Below are positions 31,150 to 41,316 of a stretch of 64,000 bases of DNA, piece after piece (the first letter of the stretch is position 1; every line of letters begins with the position of its first letter). The notes under the pieces were generated by a model. That model was not told the DNA's origin. It ran no database searches and saw nothing but the letters and a program-made list of their open reading frames with translations. The translations under genes were made by a program, and so were the position numbers. The stretch is from Candidatus Bathyarchaeia archaeon (GTDB taxonomy: Archaea; Thermoproteota; Bathyarchaeia; 40CM-2-53-6): assembly GCA_049513715.1 (NCBI GenBank), contig JBEKVV010000003.1:192001-256000 (forward strand), written 5' to 3'.

Positions 31150-31296
31150 GTTGAAAACGATTCCCTCCCGTTACATCAACAAACGTGGATTTATGCTTCT
31201 CATGACCCACTGCGAATCTGCACCTCTGCTATGATGTATCCTACACTTCAATTAGGGCGAGATCTCAATGAGATGATGCGTGATGACGGTGAGCCA

Positions 31297-31656
31297 ATGA
31301 CTAACGAAAAACCCGCCAAAATCGCTTCCCAGAAAACCCTTAACCTGACAACTCAAGGAAGAAAAACTGGAAAGAGCCACACCGTTGAGGTCTGGTTCGC
31401 TGTCAGCAAAGACAAGGTATACCTCAGCCACGAAGGCAATGAAACCGACTGGATGAAGAATATTCAGAAGAAAAGTCAAGTCTCCTTGGATATAGGCGGA
31501 AAGAACTTCGAAGGGGAGGCGCACTACGTCCAAGACGGTACAGACGAATCCTGGGCAGGTAAGGTAGCCCTGTACGAAAAATACTACGGAATAGCATCGA
31601 GGGAAATCATCGAGGACTGGTTTTCCCTATCGAGAGTAATCATGGTTAACTTCTAG
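31297..31656 (+). CDS. Deazaflavin (F420)-dependent nitroreductase-like split-barrel protein
   Basis: LTTQGRKTGK.H.V.VW and DWMKN motifs. Confidence 0.75.
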   Translation: MTNEKPAKIASQKTLNLTTQGRKTGKSHTVEVWFAVSKDKVYLSHEGNETDWMKNIQKKSQVSLDIGGKNFEGEAHYVQDGTDESWAGKVALYEKYYGIASREIIEDWFSLSRVIMVNF

Positions 31657-31728
31657 GACGGATTAACGCTCGCGAGTTTAAGCTATATATGTGAACCAAA
31701 CGGACTGGGGCCGTCAAGCGGTTCGACA

Positions 31729-32382
31729 TTGCACTGTCCTTCATGCGGCAAAGACGTAATTGGAGACGCTAAGTTCTGCGAAAGCTGTGGGGCCAAGGTC
31801 GAAGGCTTACAGCAGCCTGCCCCCAGCGGAGGCCGATCACAGAGCCTGGTTCCCGTTTTCAGTGGGACAGAGTATATCATTGAGCAAAAGATTGTGGCAG
31901 TCAGGGACACTTATGGGATAAAGGATAGGAACGGAAACCTACTCGCCTACGTGAAGAGAAAAATCGTCAGCGTTGGACCGAACTTCTGGTTTGAGGCACC
32001 TGACGGTGCTCGGTTGGGAGAGGTTCACGGAAAGGTTCTCGCTGTGAGACCAACCTTTGAAATCTACGACAACCAAGGGAAATTGTTGGGCGTGGTCAAG
32101 AAGAAGATGCTGAAATTGCTGGGTTCTGAATGGTGGTTGGAAAGCCCTCCCGGCCAAGAGGTTGCCAGAATCAAAGGAAACATAACCGAACATGATTTCA
32201 CGATTCAGAACCCTGCAGGAGCACCAATCGCTCAGATTCACAAGAAATGGGTCAGCATCCGCGACTCGTATGGAGTAGAAATCGTAACCCCTGAACTGGA
32301 CCCATACGTAGTCCTGGCGTATGCTATTGCAATGGACCACGTGGAATACAGAAGCCAAAAACGCGTGGGTTTCGGCGTCTGA
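31729..32382 (+). CDS. Zinc-ribbon plus LURP-one/scramblase (Tubby C-like) protein
   Basis: CPSCG...FCESCG; DFTI...A.IHKKW...RDSY. Confidence 0.8.
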   Translation: MHCPSCGKDVIGDAKFCESCGAKVEGLQQPAPSGGRSQSLVPVFSGTEYIIEQKIVAVRDTYGIKDRNGNLLAYVKRKIVSVGPNFWFEAPDGARLGEVHGKVLAVRPTFEIYDNQGKLLGVVKKKMLKLLGSEWWLESPPGQEVARIKGNITEHDFTIQNPAGAPIAQIHKKWVSIRDSYGVEIVTPELDPYVVLAYAIAMDHVEYRSQKRVGFGV

Positions 32383-32506
32383 CAACGCACCTCACATGAT
32401 GCTATCTCCGTCTCTGAGACGCATTTTGCTGTGCAAGGTTCATGCCCCCATCTGCACCTTGTCTGTTCCACTTTTTGGATTGGAACGATCTGGTCACCAA
32501 CGGCGG

Positions 32507-34315
32507 CTAACTGGTGGTGTTTGACTCCTCCGAGGCTTTGTTAATTTTCGCTGCACTGTTTGGAGAACTGCGATCCTGCATTTCGCGAACGTACTTTACG
32601 GCTTCGCCGAAGGGTTGAGGCAGATATACCGGTTTCATTGCTGCTCCGTGCAGCGCGTACCCCTTCTGAGTTCCATACAGAAATAAGATGACCCCTATCG
32701 CTGTGGGCAGTGCCAAAACGTAGGGCAGGAATTGCCGAAAGGGTGGGAAAATGCGGGTCGCTAGATTGAGCGCAGCAGAGGTTATGTTCCTCGAGATTAT
32801 GGGAACAAAGTAATGTTGAATGAAGAGCAGAACCGAAAGCCCCAATCCGGCGAAGAGTAGTCTCATTGGGTAACGTCTGATGTGCTCAATCGTCTCAATC
32901 CCAGAGTAAGGTATCTCAAAAGTTCTTCTAGAGAACCGTCCTTGTTGGATGAAGACCCGCCTATTGGTTGCCACAACCTTCTGTGTTCCACGAGACCACG
33001 ATCTTGCAACCAACTCCGGTTCTGAAAGCGATGATCTGACTTCGGGCGGGAGCGTGGACAGCCCGGTCTCTCTTTCCAGCTCTCGTGTAAGTGCACTGTC
33101 AAGGTTCTCAATTAGTTTTGATAAAGCGAAAGGCTCTGCTTTCTCTTTGGCGTTGGCGGATAGTTTCTGCCACTTGGTGGGTTCATCAGCCAGCTGGGTT
33201 ACTGCTTGGGCAGCGCCGTCAACATCGCTAGGCCCCTTGACGTGTATACCCTCCTCTCCATTCTTGACTATCCATGATTGTCCGCCTACGCCAGAAGTGA
33301 TCACCGGAACGCCAGAGAACATGAATTCGAGTTGAGTAAGCCCGAGAGCTTCCATCCTGCTAAGAATTATGTTGAGATAGGAAGCCTTGATTAACTGGAT
33401 TTTCTCTCTTTCACTTGTTTCTCCGAAGTAAGTAACGTTTGGTAGCTCCGCGGCCTTCGTTTTGACCTGCTCAGCGTACCCAGTTTCTCCTCTTCCTGCG
33501 AGGATAAAATGAACGTCCTTTCTGTTTGTGAGTTTCTTCGCAACATCAAGTACGGCTTCGGGGTTCTTTCGTTCCTCGATTGACCCAAGGTATGAGACGA
33601 GCTTCAATTTGGGTTCGAGCTTTAGTCGTTGAAGCAGTTCTTCCGGCCCAAAGGAAGCGAATCTTAGGAAAGCGTCGTCATCTACTCCTCCCGGAAAGAG
33701 TGTGCATTTGTCCAGAGGAGCGCCCATTTTGACCTGCGCATCTCGTTCATACGGTGTGAGCACCAGGATGAGGTCGGCCACCCGGAGCACCTGTCTCAGA
33801 GAGAGCCTGTTCCAAGCCATTCGGAAGGACCGTTCGACCATAGAATACCTTCTGGCTGAGGGTTCCTGGTAATGCGACATGTGACAGAATATCAGCGGGT
33901 CTTGGAATCCGCCGAGGGCTTTGATGTTTCGCCTCCACTCGACGAATTTCGCGACCTCCTCAGGCCCGTTCCATAGAGTGCTGTGGGTGATCAGAACGTT
34001 GAGGCCGAATTCGTTTACAATTCTCTCTAATGTGTGTACTGCGTCTTTGAATCCGATCCGACGTGGAGGCCACTTCGTAATGAGGCTGCCGACCCTGATG
34101 ATGGGTATGCCAAGTTCACTGTCTTCTACACGGACGTAGCCCTTTTCCCCGATGACGGACTCGTTGACAACCTCTTTTCCGTCGTGGTAGATACTGGTGA
34201 TTAAGTGAGCTTCGTGGCCGATTTTATTGAAATAATAGACCATTCTCTGGGCCACGAGCTCTTGCCCTTTACTCTTGCTGGTCTGGTACATGATGACGCC
34301 GATTCGTTTTTTCAT
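32507..34315 (-). CDS. Glycosyltransferase family 4 with C-terminal PH-like and TM extension
   Basis: GSIEERK, EALGLTQLEFM..GVPVI (EX7E); tail VVATNRRV...EIPYSGI followed by 2 TMs. Confidence 0.8.
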   Translation of the reverse strand: MKKRIGVIMYQTSKSKGQELVAQRMVYYFNKIGHEAHLITSIYHDGKEVVNESVIGEKGYVRVEDSELGIPIIRVGSLITKWPPRRIGFKDAVHTLERIVNEFGLNVLITHSTLWNGPEEVAKFVEWRRNIKALGGFQDPLIFCHMSHYQEPSARRYSMVERSFRMAWNRLSLRQVLRVADLILVLTPYERDAQVKMGAPLDKCTLFPGGVDDDAFLRFASFGPEELLQRLKLEPKLKLVSYLGSIEERKNPEAVLDVAKKLTNRKDVHFILAGRGETGYAEQVKTKAAELPNVTYFGETSEREKIQLIKASYLNIILSRMEALGLTQLEFMFSGVPVITSGVGGQSWIVKNGEEGIHVKGPSDVDGAAQAVTQLADEPTKWQKLSANAKEKAEPFALSKLIENLDSALTRELERETGLSTLPPEVRSSLSEPELVARSWSRGTQKVVATNRRVFIQQGRFSRRTFEIPYSGIETIEHIRRYPMRLLFAGLGLSVLLFIQHYFVPIISRNITSAALNLATRIFPPFRQFLPYVLALPTAIGVILFLYGTQKGYALHGAAMKPVYLPQPFGEAVKYVREMQDRSSPNSAAKINKASEESNTTS

Positions 34316-34429
34316 AAACGCCCACTTCGACGTAGAACTCTGGCAGATAGCTTCGCTACCATGACTTAACTTATAATACTATGAAAGGCCCCTCCAGTTT
34401 CGTGGTGCGGTAATCTGAAGATTGAGGCA

Positions 34430-35188
34430 TTGTTCTCGGATTTTGATGGCACACTCTGCCAGCTAGATGCGCGTAGAGAGGAAGCGCGCATGCCTCCCAG
34501 GCTTAAGAGATTCCTAAACAAACTAAGCACAAAGATACCGTTCGGAATCATAACCACAAAAGACCTGGGTTTCATCAGGGAGCGAGTGCCCTTCGCACAC
34601 GGCATAGCTGCTTTGAGCGGTCTTGAGATGCAAGTCGGAGAGAGGCGGCTGGTGGATGAGGGCATTCCAGGTAACCTCGATGCCATTGAGGACGCCTACC
34701 AGATGGCTTTCGCGGGGTTAAAGGAGATTCACGATGATGGGGTAGGTATTGAAAGAAAGACAACTGAGGAGGACGAACTCATCGGTTTCTGCATTGACTG
34801 GAGAATGTCCCATAATTGGACTGAGGCGCGAACAAGAGTCATGCCATTAATAGAACAATGCAAGCAGGCAGGCCTCTACGTTACCGAATCGAAGGTGAGC
34901 CCTTTCGCAAACGTCTACTTCACGAAGGTTGACAAAGGCACCGCTTTTGCGAGGCTGAAGGCCGAACTTGGCGTAACTGGCACAGTAATGTACTTGGGCG
35001 ACTCAGAAGACGACAACCCTGCCTTTGAGCTGGCCGAAGTCTCAATTGGCATTAAACATCACAAAAATATGCCAGAACTCAAATGCAAGTACTTGTTGGA
35101 ATTCTTGAAGCTAGAAGGGTTCATCGCAATCCTGACGGACGAGAACCTCGAATTCAGAGAAGACTTGCCCGGAATCAATCCAAGATAA
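34430..35188 (+). CDS. HAD-IIB phosphatase, trehalose-6-phosphate phosphatase-like
   Basis: DFDGTL, GLE, DKG.A, YLGDSEDDNPAF. Confidence 0.8.
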   Translation: MFSDFDGTLCQLDARREEARMPPRLKRFLNKLSTKIPFGIITTKDLGFIRERVPFAHGIAALSGLEMQVGERRLVDEGIPGNLDAIEDAYQMAFAGLKEIHDDGVGIERKTTEEDELIGFCIDWRMSHNWTEARTRVMPLIEQCKQAGLYVTESKVSPFANVYFTKVDKGTAFARLKAELGVTGTVMYLGDSEDDNPAFELAEVSIGIKHHKNMPELKCKYLLEFLKLEGFIAILTDENLEFREDLPGINPR

Positions 35189-35540
35189 GCAGAAGTTGAC
35201 TCACGCAGAAACGACGGTCATAGAGGCACAATGCGTAAGCCTTGTCCCAATAAGTCTCTGTTCACATTGTGGCGCCACTCAGCACATCGAGCAATAACTC
35301 GTAGTTGATGACGCTGAAGCCGCCCAAGCCTAAGGGGAGACTAGGTGCAAGCAGAAATGGCAACCCCATTCATACCGCGAGTCCTGCAAAGAACCCTGCC
35401 CATTGTCGGTAGTGGTGACGAGTGATTACGTCCATCAATCATTATGGATACCCGTCCTTTTCCATTGTCCCTCATGTTCGAAAGACCAGAATCTGCCAAC
35501 AAGTAAATTACAAGCAAGCGAGGTAGACGCTAGTTGAATA

Positions 35541-35807
35541 TTGTTGCCTGATTGCGAATGTGGGCGGCTAGCCACCAAATATCTGGAAGCATCTCGAATC
35601 TACGTATGCGATAATTGCTTTCAGAATAGAATGCCCAGTGCATTCCTTGTAAGGTGTCAACTGTGCTTGAAAGCAACCAAGACTACGCGTATGATGCACT
35701 ACGAAACTCTTGAACAAAGGGGATATGTGACGAACGATACCCGCATCGACTCTAACCATCCATTAGTTCTACTTTGCGAGACATGTGCGCGCAAGGTTCT
35801 TGCATAG
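35541..35807 (+). CDS. Small zinc-finger protein
   Basis: CEC, CDNC, CQLC, CETC. Confidence 0.55.
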   Translation: MLPDCECGRLATKYLEASRIYVCDNCFQNRMPSAFLVRCQLCLKATKTTRMMHYETLEQRGYVTNDTRIDSNHPLVLLCETCARKVLA

Positions 35808-35892
35808 GCACGTGGAAATCAAATAGACCAATCACCGTGTCAATCCGTAGCGCCAAGGTGAAATCTAACCACATGCCACTCACTCTCCGGTC

Positions 35893-36357
35893 TTGATTGC
35901 GTTGCCTCGCAAAGCCGTAAAGAAACATATGTATCAAGTCTCGAAGGAAATACGTGCCTCTCTACCTTTCGTTTTTAGCTGGTGCACTGATTACAGAGAG
36001 GATGACACGAAGATTACGGGGTCGAAGAATCGACGCAAGATCCTGCACAGATCGAAGCAATACGTCATCTACCTTACAACATTCAAGGGTCGAAGACACC
36101 CTTGGAAGGCCGTCAGCATCGTCACACTAACTCCACCCAGTGCTTGGCACCTTGATTTTTTCGGTGATCATGAGGACTGCAGAGGCGAATACAGACTCAG
36201 GAGAGTAAAGCCTGGGTTAACTAGGTTAAGCATGGTATTCAACGAGGTGTACAAGATTACCAAAGCACCAACCAAGGCAGAGGACGCCGAGAGCACCAGC
36301 CAGCTCTGGGACAAGTACATCGAGAGGCTCGAAGCGGACTACCGACGCTCAGCGTAG
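35893..36357 (+). CDS. Hypothetical protein, possible SRPBCC fold
   Basis: I.ASLPFVFSWCTD start and W..Y..RLE C-terminal helix. Confidence 0.55.
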   Translation: MIALPRKAVKKHMYQVSKEIRASLPFVFSWCTDYREDDTKITGSKNRRKILHRSKQYVIYLTTFKGRRHPWKAVSIVTLTPPSAWHLDFFGDHEDCRGEYRLRRVKPGLTRLSMVFNEVYKITKAPTKAEDAESTSQLWDKYIERLEADYRRSA

Positions 36358-36524
36358 TCTTGAAAAGTTATACTTTGCACGTTATCGAGATTCTCCTCGC
36401 TTGGTTCCCTGCGTGCTTCGAGTGTCGCCGACTCCCGACCAAACCATTTTCTTCCAACCTTAGGCACTTTGAAATTCTTACACAGCCACGAAATACTCTA
36501 GGCCATAGAACCAAACCAGAGATC

Positions 36525-36974
36525 TTATGTGAGATTCACCATGTCTTCAGCAGCGGCTAGAATCCTGGTCAGAACGGAGAGAAACGAATCCATCTCCTGG
36601 GACGTAACCTGACGGGTCGTCCTCTCGATGAACTTGTCATGAAGTTTCAAGGCTCGCCTTAGCTTTTCGCCACCTTTGCCTGTTATAGCCACGTTGATCA
36701 TCCTTCTATCCGCGTCGCTTCTCACACGCCGAACAAGCCCGGCTTCTTCAAGATTGTCGATAACGATAGTCATGCCTGGGGCGGTCATGCTCTGCTCCTT
36801 AGCTAGCATTACCATCGAGGACGGGCCTAGTCCTGAGAGCATCCTAAGCGCCCGCAACTCAGCGGGAGTCAACTCCACGACCAAAAGGTTTCTCTCAACA
36901 AGCCTGTTCCATCTCTTGAATCCATCAGATAATGTGCGAACTAGATCGTACTTGGAGAGAGAGGTCTGCCGCAT
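36525..36974 (-). CDS. MarR family transcriptional regulator
   Basis: T..IDNLEEAGLVRRVRSDADRR....IT.KG. Confidence 0.9.
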   Translation of the reverse strand: MRQTSLSKYDLVRTLSDGFKRWNRLVERNLLVVELTPAELRALRMLSGLGPSSMVMLAKEQSMTAPGMTIVIDNLEEAGLVRRVRSDADRRMINVAITGKGGEKLRRALKLHDKFIERTTRQVTSQEMDSFLSVLTRILAAAEDMVNLT

Positions 36975-36975
36975 T

Positions 36976-37129
36976 TTACTTTTCCGCCAGTGTTCGCATC
37001 ATCAAATCTCGGTTGTTGTTGACGCCTCGAAAGACCGAGTTCAGCGCGATAATCGCTACGTTGACATCTATTGACGCCATGATTCCGCCGTCCAAATGAC
37101 TAAAGCTGATCTGCCCTAAGTCTATCCAT
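36976..37129 (-). pseudogene. Decayed 5' remnant of a DHA2/EmrB-type MFS transporter upstream of marR
   Basis: GGIMASIDVNVAIIALNSVFRG resembles DHA2 TM1; frameshifted relative to ATG 37129 and stops after 34 aa. Confidence 0.5.
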
Positions 37130-37133
37130 GCTG

Positions 37134-37168
37134 AAACTTAAGCCTTTAATGATTAATAGTTTAAGCTT
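37134..37168. promoter_or_regulatory. 35-bp quasi-palindrome CTTAA-N4-TTAAT-N-ATTAA-N4-TTAAG (copy 1)
   Basis: AAACTTAAGCCTTTAATGATTAATAGTTTAAGCTT between marR and amt1; second copy at 46110-46144. Confidence 0.7.
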
Positions 37169-37299
37169 CCGCCCGAAACGACCTCGTCGATGGTACTTTA
37201 CTTTTTGCTACCTCTGAAACGGGGCTTATACTCTCTATAGATGGGTTTTATAACAGAAGACTCTGCGCCTTGGCAGCATTCAAGTTACGGGTGATATAT

Positions 37300-38529
37300 G
37301 TGGCGCTGAACTCCGGAGACATCGCTTGGGTAATTTCCGCTACCGCATTGGTCATGATAATGACTCCGGCTGTGGGGTTCTTTTATGGTGGCCTCGTTCG
37401 AAGGAAGAACCTAGTCTCAACTATAGTTCAATGTCTGGCAATTTTCGCAGTCGTAAGTTTGGTCTGGGCACTTTGGGGGTACAGTATTGCCCTCGGTCCA
37501 TCAGTAAATGGTTTCATCGGAAGCCTAGCTGACTTGGGATTGAATAATGTTGGAGAGGCACCAAACCCAGGCTATTCAAACACGATTCCTGAACTTCTGT
37601 ATTTCGCCTTCCAACTTAAGTTCGCGGCTATCACACCCGCTCTTATCATTGGAGCGTTTGCAGAGAGAATTCGCTTCAAGTCTTTGATGCTCTACGTTGT
37701 GTTATGGACGACCTTCATCTACTGTCCAATCGCACACTGGAATTGGGCCGTGGGAGGCTTTCTAAGGTCGCTTGGTGTTGTTGACTTCGCCGGAGGTTTG
37801 GTAGTCCATACTTCAGCAGGGATCTCAGCACTTGCAGCTGCCTTAGTGGTTGGTAGAAGAAAAGGCCTAGGCGCGAAGAAACAGGAGATGAGACCTGCAG
37901 ATATCCCCTACGTGATTCTAGGTGCGTCAATACTCTGGTTCGGATGGTTCGGTTTCAACGCCGGCAGCGCGCTCGCGGCTGACGCCTTGGCGGTGAACGC
38001 GTTGGTTGTTACCAACCTTGCCGCAGCAGCGGCCGCAGTTAGCTGGATGCTAGTTGACGTGTACACGAAAGGCAAACCGTCGGCGGTCGGAATCTCAGTT
38101 GGAGCAGTCTGCGGGTTAGTGGCGATAACGCCAGCTTCCGGGTACGTGGGTCCGATGCCGTCCATAATCATCGGCCTCGTGGCCGGAGCCCTGTGCAACT
38201 ACGTTGCTAGCCTGAGAGTTAGAACAACCATGGACGACACGTTGGACGTATTTGCCGCGCATGGAGTAGGCGGAATGTGGGGAACGATAGCAACCGGACT
38301 ATTTGCAGCGACCGCAATCAACGCGGCGGGACCGAATGGGCTCTTCTACGGTAATCCCGCGCAACTAGGAATTCAAGCCTTCGCTGTCGCCATAGTCGCT
38401 CTCTTCGCGTTCTGCGGTTCCTACGTATTGCTTAAGATCGTTAACGCGATTTCGCCCCTCCGCGTGAGCGAGAAAGAAGAGGATACCGGACTGGACGTCT
38501 CACAGCATGGCGAAGAAGCGTACGCGTAA
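37300..38529 (+). CDS. amt: Ammonium transporter
   Basis: FFYGGL, DFAGG.VVH, LWFGWFGFNAGS, DDTLDVF..HG, HGEEAY. Confidence 0.95.
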   Translation: MALNSGDIAWVISATALVMIMTPAVGFFYGGLVRRKNLVSTIVQCLAIFAVVSLVWALWGYSIALGPSVNGFIGSLADLGLNNVGEAPNPGYSNTIPELLYFAFQLKFAAITPALIIGAFAERIRFKSLMLYVVLWTTFIYCPIAHWNWAVGGFLRSLGVVDFAGGLVVHTSAGISALAAALVVGRRKGLGAKKQEMRPADIPYVILGASILWFGWFGFNAGSALAADALAVNALVVTNLAAAAAAVSWMLVDVYTKGKPSAVGISVGAVCGLVAITPASGYVGPMPSIIIGLVAGALCNYVASLRVRTTMDDTLDVFAAHGVGGMWGTIATGLFAATAINAAGPNGLFYGNPAQLGIQAFAVAIVALFAFCGSYVLLKIVNAISPLRVSEKEEDTGLDVSQHGEEAYA

Positions 38530-38621
38530 ATAGGTAAAGTCAGTGCAGTTACGCTCTGGAGTGACAACAGACGAAATTCACTAGGCCCTCTGTTCTGCTG
38601 CTCCTTGTCATCGTTTTCGGC

Positions 38622-38960
38622 ATGGGTTTCTCCGGCTACCTGACCACCGGAGTACTCCTGTCTAACTCATGTCCCCTGAACGGTGGATGCACACGTGTGC
38701 TCGGCATTCCGTCTTGCATGTACGGGTTCACCATGTACACCATTATGCTGATCATTGTTCTGTTGACATCGATGGGGAAGATAGTGTTCGGAACGGGCCG
38801 GAAGCTCGTCCTTCTTGTGTCGGTTATGGGGATGCTGTTTTCCGGTTCCTTGCTCGTCCTGGAATTCGTGAACAAAAGCCCCTTAACAATCTGCGCCGCA
38901 GGATTCTCGATGTTCCTGTTGATTTTCCTTTTGACCCGCCTGTTCTGGAAGGAGCAGTAA
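38622..38960 (+). CDS. VKOR-like membrane protein, atypical
   Basis: SGYL, C-x5-C loop, LGIPSC.YGF, TM helices; no CxxC. Confidence 0.5.
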   Translation: MGFSGYLTTGVLLSNSCPLNGGCTRVLGIPSCMYGFTMYTIMLIIVLLTSMGKIVFGTGRKLVLLVSVMGMLFSGSLLVLEFVNKSPLTICAAGFSMFLLIFLLTRLFWKEQ

Positions 38961-39021
38961 TTCGACGAACATAGGACGACTGGAGCGGGCCGGACTGTTC
39001 TAAGCACGACAAGTGTTTTCG

Positions 39022-40155
39022 TTAGACGAATCTGTTGGGAGAAGTGAGCCTGAGTATCGGATCGGGCCGACCTTCGAACGCGACAGGCATCCTGCTTCCT
39101 GCTGCAAATCCCATTACTATACCCTCGTCTCCCATGGCTACGGCTGAATAGACGTGGTTGCGAACGGGGCCGATAATTGGTAGCAGGTCCTTAGTTTTCG
39201 AATACGAGTCCCCCCACTGATGTTCCCGCTCCAAACTCACTCCGCTGTAGTACCACGCGAGCTTCTGCTTGATGTTCTTGGGTTGATAGAGTTCCAACGC
39301 TAAGCGGCGCCCAAGGGGATAGAGAATGTCATACTTTTCTTCCATCGTCCAGATCACTTTGTCGCAAGGCCATATCTTCTTGGTCTCTGGCATCTCGCGG
39401 CTTGCTATGACAACACTCATTTCTTCCTCGAAGTGCTTTTCCAAGCCATAGAATGGTTTCAGGTTTGTTGCCATAATCAAACGACTGCAACGTACTTTCG
39501 CGCGTGGCGATCGGACGGTTACGTGATCTTGTTCTTCCTCAAAACCGATCAATTGGGAATTCTCAAAGACAGGTATATTGAATCTTTTGGCAAGCCCCAC
39601 CGCGAACTGAGCAGGGTGAAGCACGGAGCAGATTTCAAATGACAGGCCTGCGAGAAACTTGTTCCCGGTGAATGACTGTTCTATGTCCTCGCTTGCGTAC
39701 AGCTCGGTTTTTATCCCGATGCATGCAAGCTCCGTCTTCTCCCTTTCCAGTCTGCTCTCCTCTGCGTCGTTCTTGGCGACCATGATTGCTCCCGTGTGGC
39801 GAAGCCCGCAATCTATTCGGTTTTTCTCAATTATCGAGACCATCTGTGTGATTGTCTTTTCAGTTTCTTTCCAGAGCGTTGTCGCATCTTCTTTGCCGTA
39901 CCGTTCGACCGCTTCGACAAAGTTGCCACCCGAGCCATAATATAGAATGCCCGAGCTCGCACCAGTAGCTGCCGCGCCCACCTCATCCCTCTCGAGTACT
40001 AGAACCTTGTAACCAGCGTTCTGCAAATGAAAGGCGCAGGATATCCCCGCTATGCCGGCGCCCACAATTGCTACATCAACATTCGCATCTCGCTCTAGAA
40101 TTGGAAAACGTTCTGTGACAGGCCAAAGAGGATTAGCCTGCATGCCCGACATCAC
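39022..40155 (-). CDS. FAD-dependent oxidoreductase (DadA/PuuB family)
   Basis: IVGAGIAG, GAAATGASSG, LHP, D.LPIIG. Confidence 0.85.
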   Translation of the reverse strand: MMSGMQANPLWPVTERFPILERDANVDVAIVGAGIAGISCAFHLQNAGYKVLVLERDEVGAAATGASSGILYYGSGGNFVEAVERYGKEDATTLWKETEKTITQMVSIIEKNRIDCGLRHTGAIMVAKNDAEESRLEREKTELACIGIKTELYASEDIEQSFTGNKFLAGLSFEICSVLHPAQFAVGLAKRFNIPVFENSQLIGFEEEQDHVTVRSPRAKVRCSRLIMATNLKPFYGLEKHFEEEMSVVIASREMPETKKIWPCDKVIWTMEEKYDILYPLGRRLALELYQPKNIKQKLAWYYSGVSLEREHQWGDSYSKTKDLLPIIGPVRNHVYSAVAMGDEGIVMGFAAGSRMPVAFEGRPDPILRLTSPNRFV

Positions 40156-40215
40156 GGGCCAAGGATTGCGAGTCGCTATTCAAAGATTACCTCACCTAGT
40201 CACTGGAGGCGGCTA

Positions 40216-41283
40216 TTAGGTCGAAGGGGGCGTAGGCGTGTAGATTTCGTAGAATTTCCTATATTTCCACACTACAACAGAGACTAGCCAAGACACAAGA
40301 AAGATGGCTATTATGCCGAACCCTATGGTTTCGAAATCTAGGCCGCTAAGCCAACCCCAATAGGTGCCTGTCAGGTTCAATTCGTTAGCTATGACCTGGA
40401 GAAGCTCAGCGGTGCCAATTGCCAACGCGACAAGCACTGAAATGACCGTCACGGTCAGGTTGTAGTAGATTTTACGAATTGGATTAAGAAAGGCCCAACC
40501 ATAGGCCAAACGCATTGTCACACCATCGGTTGTATCGACTAGGACCATTCCGCATGTGAACATGAAAGGCAATATGAGAATCATCCACACTGGAACAGCG
40601 GAAGAGACACCGACACCAACACTGATCGCTATGAGAGCGATTTCAGTTGCAGTATCAAAACCTAATCCGAAGAGGATACCGATGGGGTAAATCTGCCACG
40701 GTCGCTTGACGATCTTGAACAATGGTCGAAAGTAGCGGTTTAGGAATCCGCGATTGTCCAGAAGATTCTCAAGTTCAGTCTGGTTCATCTTTCCGCGTTT
40801 CAGTTCCTTGAAGATTCGGTAAATGCTGAAAACGATGATCATGTTGACTATTCCTATCAACCACAGGAACACTCCTGAAACAGTTGTTCCGATTATTGTG
40901 CCACTGCTCTCCAAGACAGGTATATGACCAACTATCGTTCGAGTTGCAAAAATCAACGCCACGATAAGCCCAACCACAATTGTCGAATGCCCTAACGAGA
41001 ACCACATGCCAACAGTGAAAGGGCGTTGATTCTCCTGCATCAGCTTTCTTGTCGTATTGTCAATCGCAGCGATGTGGTCAGCATCAACACCATGACGCAG
41101 GCCGAACACATATGTGACTATTCCAAGGCCCGCAAGTAAAACCGAGAGCTTACCTATGATTGTCGAGGCGATAAAACCGAAGGCCGTCGCTAGCCCGATT
41201 AATGAGTAAATGGAAACTAGTTTGAGCTTCTCATTCGGCGAAAGCCCCGCCGTCGAATAGACGAGACCAGTTTCTTTGGACAT
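40216..41283 (-). CDS. NiCoT (HoxN/HupN/NixA) nickel/cobalt permease
   Basis: GLRHGVDADHIAAID, FSLGHS, GLGFDTATE. Confidence 0.95.
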   Translation of the reverse strand: MSKETGLVYSTAGLSPNEKLKLVSIYSLIGLATAFGFIASTIIGKLSVLLAGLGIVTYVFGLRHGVDADHIAAIDNTTRKLMQENQRPFTVGMWFSLGHSTIVVGLIVALIFATRTIVGHIPVLESSGTIIGTTVSGVFLWLIGIVNMIIVFSIYRIFKELKRGKMNQTELENLLDNRGFLNRYFRPLFKIVKRPWQIYPIGILFGLGFDTATEIALIAISVGVGVSSAVPVWMILILPFMFTCGMVLVDTTDGVTMRLAYGWAFLNPIRKIYYNLTVTVISVLVALAIGTAELLQVIANELNLTGTYWGWLSGLDFETIGFGIIAIFLVSWLVSVVVWKYRKFYEIYTPTPPST

Positions 41284-41316
41284 CTCAGAGGAAACGCTCC
41301 TTCCACAATCGGCGTA

